Notes under the pieces: model-generated | Databases searched by the model: none | Seen by the model: only the letters and a program-made list of their open reading frames with translations | What the model was told of the DNA's origin: nothing | Made by a program: the position numbers and the translations under genes | In this document: positions 60,163 to 64,000 of the stretch, piece by piece | Layout of the letters: the number at the start of each line of letters is the position of its first letter | How positions within the stretch are numbered: position 1 is the first letter of the stretch | DNA from: Occultella glacieicola | Lineage (GTDB): Bacteria; Actinomycetota; Actinomycetes; Actinomycetales; Beutenbergiaceae | Assembly: GCF_004353825.1 (NCBI RefSeq) | Contig: NZ_SMNA01000015.1 | Location: 62,001 to 126,000, forward strand | DNA length: 64,000 nucleotides | Reading direction: 5' to 3'

Positions 60163-62760
60163 TCACTCCTGTGCGATCGCCTGGAGGACGGGGAGCCGGG
60201 AGGCCCGGATCGCCGGCCAGAGCGCGGCGATCACGCCCACCACGGCGGACAGGGCCACGATCACGGCGAGCTGGTCCCACGGGACGGCGAGGACGGACAG
60301 GCCCTGATCGGCGAACACCGACCGGACCGCCGCGGCGAGCGCCACCCCGACCACGACGCCGACGACCGTTCCGAAGATGGCGGTCAGCACGGACTCGATC
60401 ACGATCGTGGTGGACAGCTGCAGGCGGCCGAGGCCGACGGCGCGGATCAGGCCGATCTCCCGGGTGCGTTCGATCACGGACAGCGCGAGCGTGTTGACGA
60501 TGCCGAGCACCGCGATCACGACCGACAGGGCCAGCAGGGCGTAGATGATCACGAGCGCCTGGTTGACCCGGTCCGCGATCTGGTTGACCAGTTCCTCCTC
60601 CGTCAGCGCCGTCACCGTGACGTACGGCTCGAGGATGGTGTCGAGCTGCTCGCCGAGCTCGTCGGGCGAGACCCCCTCGACGCCGTCGACGGCGACCATC
60701 ACCACGTTCGCCGGCGCCGGGCCGAGGAGTTCGGTGAGCTGGTCCTGGCCGATGGTGACATCCGCGTTCAGGGCCTGGGAGTTCGTGATGACACCGACGG
60801 TCAGCGTGAGCTCGGTGACGTCGGTGCGCAGGGTGATCCGGTCACCGAGTTCCCAGCCGTACTCGAGGGCGGCACTCGTGTGCACTGCTGCCTCGCCGTC
60901 GGCCAGGGTGGCCAGGTCCCCGGAGAGGGTCTCGATCTCCAGGGTGGTGCCGAACGCCTCCGGGGGCACTCCGATGACCGTGGTGGAGGTGGGCTCGAGG
61001 CCCGGGCCGCTCAACTGCACCGGGGCGGTGGCCACCGCGTCGGCGCGGGCGACGTCCTCGAGGTCGGCGATGGCGGTGACCGCCTCGGCGGGCACCGCGT
61101 TCGTGGCGGACATGACCACGAAGTCGGCTCGGTACTCGGACTCCACGATCGCCGTCGTCGACTCGCGGGCGGAGGCGGCCAGCACGGTGCACGCGGCGAC
61201 CAGGGCCATGCCGATCATCAGCGCGCCCGCGGTGCTCGCGGTTCGGCGTGGGTTGCGCATGACATTGCCGCGGGCGAGCCGGCCCAGCGGTTTGATCGCG
61301 GCGACGAACGGTGCCGCGAGCACTCCGAGGGTGGACCGTGCGATCACCGGGGAGAGGGCGAGCATCCCGACCAGGACCGCGCCGGCGCCGATCCCCAGCC
61401 ACGGTCCGGGGCCGAGCCCCCACCAGGGCGTCTCGTCGGTGGCCACGGCCACGGACACGTAGGTGGCGGCGACCCCGATCAGCAGCAGGGCGGCGCCCGC
61501 CAGGGCTCGCCATCGCAGGGACTTCTCGGTGACCGTGACGTCGTCGCGCATGGCCTCGACGGGCGCGGTCAGGGCGGCCCGGCGGGCCGGCACGGCCGCG
61601 GCGACGAGGCTGACCAGGGTGCCGATGCCCAGGCACAGGGCCGCCGTGAACGCGGTGACCGGGGCGTCACCGGTGAGGTTCATGCCGAACCGGGACAGGA
61701 TCCAGCGGATCAGGTCCACCAGGGCCACCCCGCTGATCAGCCCGATCGCGGAGCCGACCAGCCCGACTGCGAACGCCTGGGTGAGCACGACGGCGAAGAC
61801 CTGTACCGGGGAGGCGCCGAGCGCGCGGAGCAGTGCGTACTCCCGTTGGCGTTGGCGCACCGACATCGCGAACGTGTTCGTGATGATGAACGCGCCGACG
61901 AAGAGCGCGATGCTCGCGAAGACCAGCAGGAACGTGCCGATGAACCCGATGATCTCGTTGATGGCCGCGGATGCCTCGGCGCGGACGTCGTCGCCGGTGC
62001 GGGCCTCGAGGTTGTCGTCCGGGTGGTCGGCCAGGACCGTCTCGGTCATGGCGTCCACGAGATCCGTCTGGCTCACACCGTCCTCGCCGTAGACGGCGAT
62101 CGAGTTCACCAGCCCGTCCGGGGCGAACAGATCCGCCGCGACGTCGGCGTCCAGGAACGCCAGGGTGGCCCCGGAGGTCGGGGAGTCGTAGCCGCCCTCG
62201 GCGACGACCGTCACCTCCCGGACCTCGCCGCCGAGCACGACGGTGGTGGTGTCGCCGAGCGCCAGACCGGAGGTCTCCAGGGCGCTGCTCTCCAGGCCGA
62301 TCTCGTTCGGGCCCACCGGAACCTCGCCCGCGACCAGGTCGACGGCCGGGTCGTCGGGGTGCAGCGCGAGCGCGAGGCTGGGGGCCTGGCCGTTGATCAC
62401 GGCGGTGCCGTCCGCGCCGACGATCACGATCGGGCCCTGGACGTCGGGCAGGGCCTGGGCCACGCCTTCGACGTCGGCGAGCTCGTCCGCCAGCGTGATG
62501 TCGATGCCGTCCCGGGCGCCGCCGAAACCGGCGCTCGGGTCCGGCGGCCCGTCGGGGAGGCCCTCCTCGGTGGTGGAGATGCTGCGCAGGTACGCGTCAC
62601 CCTGGAGCGAGCTCTCCACGATCGAGTCGAACGTGTCCGACAGCATGGCCCGCAGGATGAAGGTGCCCGCGACGAACGCGACGCCGAGGACGACGGCGAG
62701 CACGGACAGGGCGAACCTGACCCCGTGCGCACGGATCTCGCGCAGGCTGACCCGTAGCAT
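60163..62760 (-). CDS. ABC transporter permease, FtsX/MacB-like
   Basis: NTFAMSVRQRQREYALLRALGAS, RNPRRTASTA, NTLALSVIERTREIGLIRAVG. Confidence 0.93.
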   Translation of the reverse strand: MLRVSLREIRAHGVRFALSVLAVVLGVAFVAGTFILRAMLSDTFDSIVESSLQGDAYLRSISTTEEGLPDGPPDPSAGFGGARDGIDITLADELADVEGVAQALPDVQGPIVIVGADGTAVINGQAPSLALALHPDDPAVDLVAGEVPVGPNEIGLESSALETSGLALGDTTTVVLGGEVREVTVVAEGGYDSPTSGATLAFLDADVAADLFAPDGLVNSIAVYGEDGVSQTDLVDAMTETVLADHPDDNLEARTGDDVRAEASAAINEIIGFIGTFLLVFASIALFVGAFIITNTFAMSVRQRQREYALLRALGASPVQVFAVVLTQAFAVGLVGSAIGLISGVALVDLIRWILSRFGMNLTGDAPVTAFTAALCLGIGTLVSLVAAAVPARRAALTAPVEAMRDDVTVTEKSLRWRALAGAALLLIGVAATYVSVAVATDETPWWGLGPGPWLGIGAGAVLVGMLALSPVIARSTLGVLAAPFVAAIKPLGRLARGNVMRNPRRTASTAGALMIGMALVAACTVLAASARESTTAIVESEYRADFVVMSATNAVPAEAVTAIADLEDVARADAVATAPVQLSGPGLEPTSTTVIGVPPEAFGTTLEIETLSGDLATLADGEAAVHTSAALEYGWELGDRITLRTDVTELTLTVGVITNSQALNADVTIGQDQLTELLGPAPANVVMVAVDGVEGVSPDELGEQLDTILEPYVTVTALTEEELVNQIADRVNQALVIIYALLALSVVIAVLGIVNTLALSVIERTREIGLIRAVGLGRLQLSTTIVIESVLTAIFGTVVGVVVGVALAAAVRSVFADQGLSVLAVPWDQLAVIVALSAVVGVIAALWPAIRASRLPVLQAIAQE

Positions 62761-63551
62761 CAGGAGGCGTCCCGCTCCCGTGCCTCGCCCAGAGCGGCGA
62801 GGGCCTCGAGGATGTCCGCCTCGGCGGGGTCGTGGAGTTCGCCGACCAGGGCGCCGTCGGCGAGGAAGACCACCCGGTGCGCGTAGGAGGCCGAGCGCGG
62901 GTCGTGGGTGACCATCACCACGCTCTGGCCGAGGTCGTCGACGCTGCGGCGCAGGAAGCCGAGGACCTCGCCGGCGGCCCTGGAGTCGAGGTTGCCGGTG
63001 GGCTCGTCGGCGAACACGATCGACGGCTTCGCGACCAGGGCGCGGGCGCAGGCCACGCGTTGCTGCTGCCCGCCGGACAGTTCCGTGGGCCGGTGGGTGA
63101 GGCGGTCGCCGAGACCGAGGGTGTTGATGACGGTGTCGAAGCGCTCGCGGTCCACCGGGGTGCGCGCGATGTCCAGGGGGAGGGTGATGTTCTCGGCCGC
63201 GGTCAGCGTGGGGACCAGGTTGTAGGCCTGGAACACGAACCCGATCCGGGTGCGTCGCAGGGTGGTGAGCTGGCGCTGGGACATCGAGGAGATCACCCGG
63301 CCGTCCACCTCCACCGTGCCGGAGGTGGGCGTGTCCAGGCCGGCCATGCAGTGCATCAGGGTGGACTTGCCCGAGCCGGACGGGCCCATGATCGCGGTCA
63401 GCCGGCCTCGGCCGAGGTCCACGTCGACGCCGCGCAGGGCATGCACGGCCGTGGCACCGGTGCCGTAGACCTTGGTCAGCCCACGGGCGGACGCGATCGG
63501 GTCATCAGCGGGTTCGGGAGAGATGGAGGCGGGAGCGGCGTGTCGGCCCAT
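62760..63551 (-). CDS. ABC transporter ATP-binding protein (LolD/MacB-like)
   Basis: GPSGSGKST, LSGGQQQR, FADEPTGNLD, VTHD; start uncertain. Confidence 0.94.
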   Translation of the reverse strand: MGRHAAPASISPEPADDPIASARGLTKVYGTGATAVHALRGVDVDLGRGRLTAIMGPSGSGKSTLMHCMAGLDTPTSGTVEVDGRVISSMSQRQLTTLRRTRIGFVFQAYNLVPTLTAAENITLPLDIARTPVDRERFDTVINTLGLGDRLTHRPTELSGGQQQRVACARALVAKPSIVFADEPTGNLDSRAAGEVLGFLRRSVDDLGQSVVMVTHDPRSASYAHRVVFLADGALVGELHDPAEADILEALAALGEARERDAS

Positions 63552-63719
63552 GGTGCGATTATTCGTGGTCTCCTCGCGCGAGGGGATCACTCACGAGGGG
63601 GAGATGCCGACGGCGGACTACGACCGGGGGCGCAGCCGCGGGGTCGTCGCGGCGCGTGACCCACCGTGACCAACCGCGCCGCACGCACCCGACGCACGCT
63701 CCGCCGTCGGGCATGAGAA

Positions 63720-63747
63720 ACGCCGCGAACCGAGTGGTTCGCGGCGT
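63720..63747 (-). terminator. Terminator after tRNA-Phe
   Basis: 12-bp stem ACGCCGCGAACC/GGTTCGCGGCGT with 4-nt loop and a short U-rich tail on the minus strand. Confidence 0.75.
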
Positions 63748-63759
63748 CTGCTCCGTGAG

Positions 63760-63832
63760 TGGCTCCGACCGGCGTCGATCCGGTGACCTTTCGATTTTCA
63801 GTCGAACGCTCTACCAACTGAGCTACAGAGCC
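63760..63832 (-). tRNA. tRNA-Phe (GAA)
   Basis: GGCTCTGTAGCTCAGTTGGTAGAGCGTTCGACTGAAAATCGAAAGGTCACCGGATCGACGCCGGTCGGAGCCA; CCA not encoded. Confidence 0.96.
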
Positions 63833-63842
63833 TTGAAACGAA

Positions 63843-63868
63843 CGCCCGGTCATCTGCATGACCGGGCG
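63843..63868 (-). other. Stem-loop in the tRNA-Asp/tRNA-Phe spacer
   Basis: 11-bp stem CGCCCGGTCAT/ATGACCGGGCG. Confidence 0.6.
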
Positions 63869-63877
63869 GATGTTTCG

Positions 63878-63951
63878 CGACCCCGACCGGACTTGAACCG
63901 GCGACCTCCGCCGTGACAGGGCGGCGCTCTAACCAACTGAGCTACGGGGCC
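63878..63951 (-). tRNA. tRNA-Asp (GTC)
   Basis: GGCCCCGTAGCTCAGTTGGTTAGAGCGCCGCCCTGTCACGGCGGAGGTCGCCGGTTCAAGTCCGGTCGGGGTCG; CCA not encoded. Confidence 0.96.
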
Positions 63952-63993
63952 TCAGGTGAGGCTTGAGTCTACGTGTGATGCAATTGTGGTGCG

Positions 63994-64000
63994 TACCCCC
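63994..64000 (-). tRNA. Probable 3' end of tRNA-Glu (partial)
   Basis: GGGGGTA acceptor-stem end; Glu-Asp-Phe is the usual actinobacterial cluster order; only 7 nt visible. Confidence 0.45.

Overview
High-GC actinobacterial chromosome segment. Gene content suggests Micrococcales, possibly Ruaniaceae/Beutenbergiaceae-like (inference). The core scaffold is purL (2.9-5.3 kb), then sterol-carrier gene, purF, purM and DUF3073 (53-59 kb), and a tRNA-Glu/Asp/Phe cluster at the right edge. About 48 kb of mostly accessory genes lie between purL and the sterol-carrier gene. These include: a Tat-exported PL8 lyase; a stand-alone FusB/FBP-type zinc-finger gene; MarR-MMPL; a ~1330-aa Tat-secreted protein with an unrecognised core; gdhA; a cutC-kinase-GDPD / ABC-2xGfo-ROK catabolic cluster; pepE-map-XRE; a LacI-controlled GH3/ABC/GH42 operon; malic enzyme; rsgA; and a large ExeM-nuclease/5'-nucleotidase fusion. 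Best second-look items: (1) an unannotated 29-codon uORF with alternative pairings in the leader of the EF-G-binding FBP gene (possible translational attenuator); (2) a relic antitoxin-VapC pair whose antitoxin tail is fused to an XRE regulator; (3) the glycerophosphodiester-linked cluster with cutC coupled to a sugar kinase, plus the nearby giant secreted protein; (4) GlnR-like and PhoP-like phased boxes. No CRISPR array, integrase or transposase was seen. All family calls come from motif recognition by eye; no database search was run.
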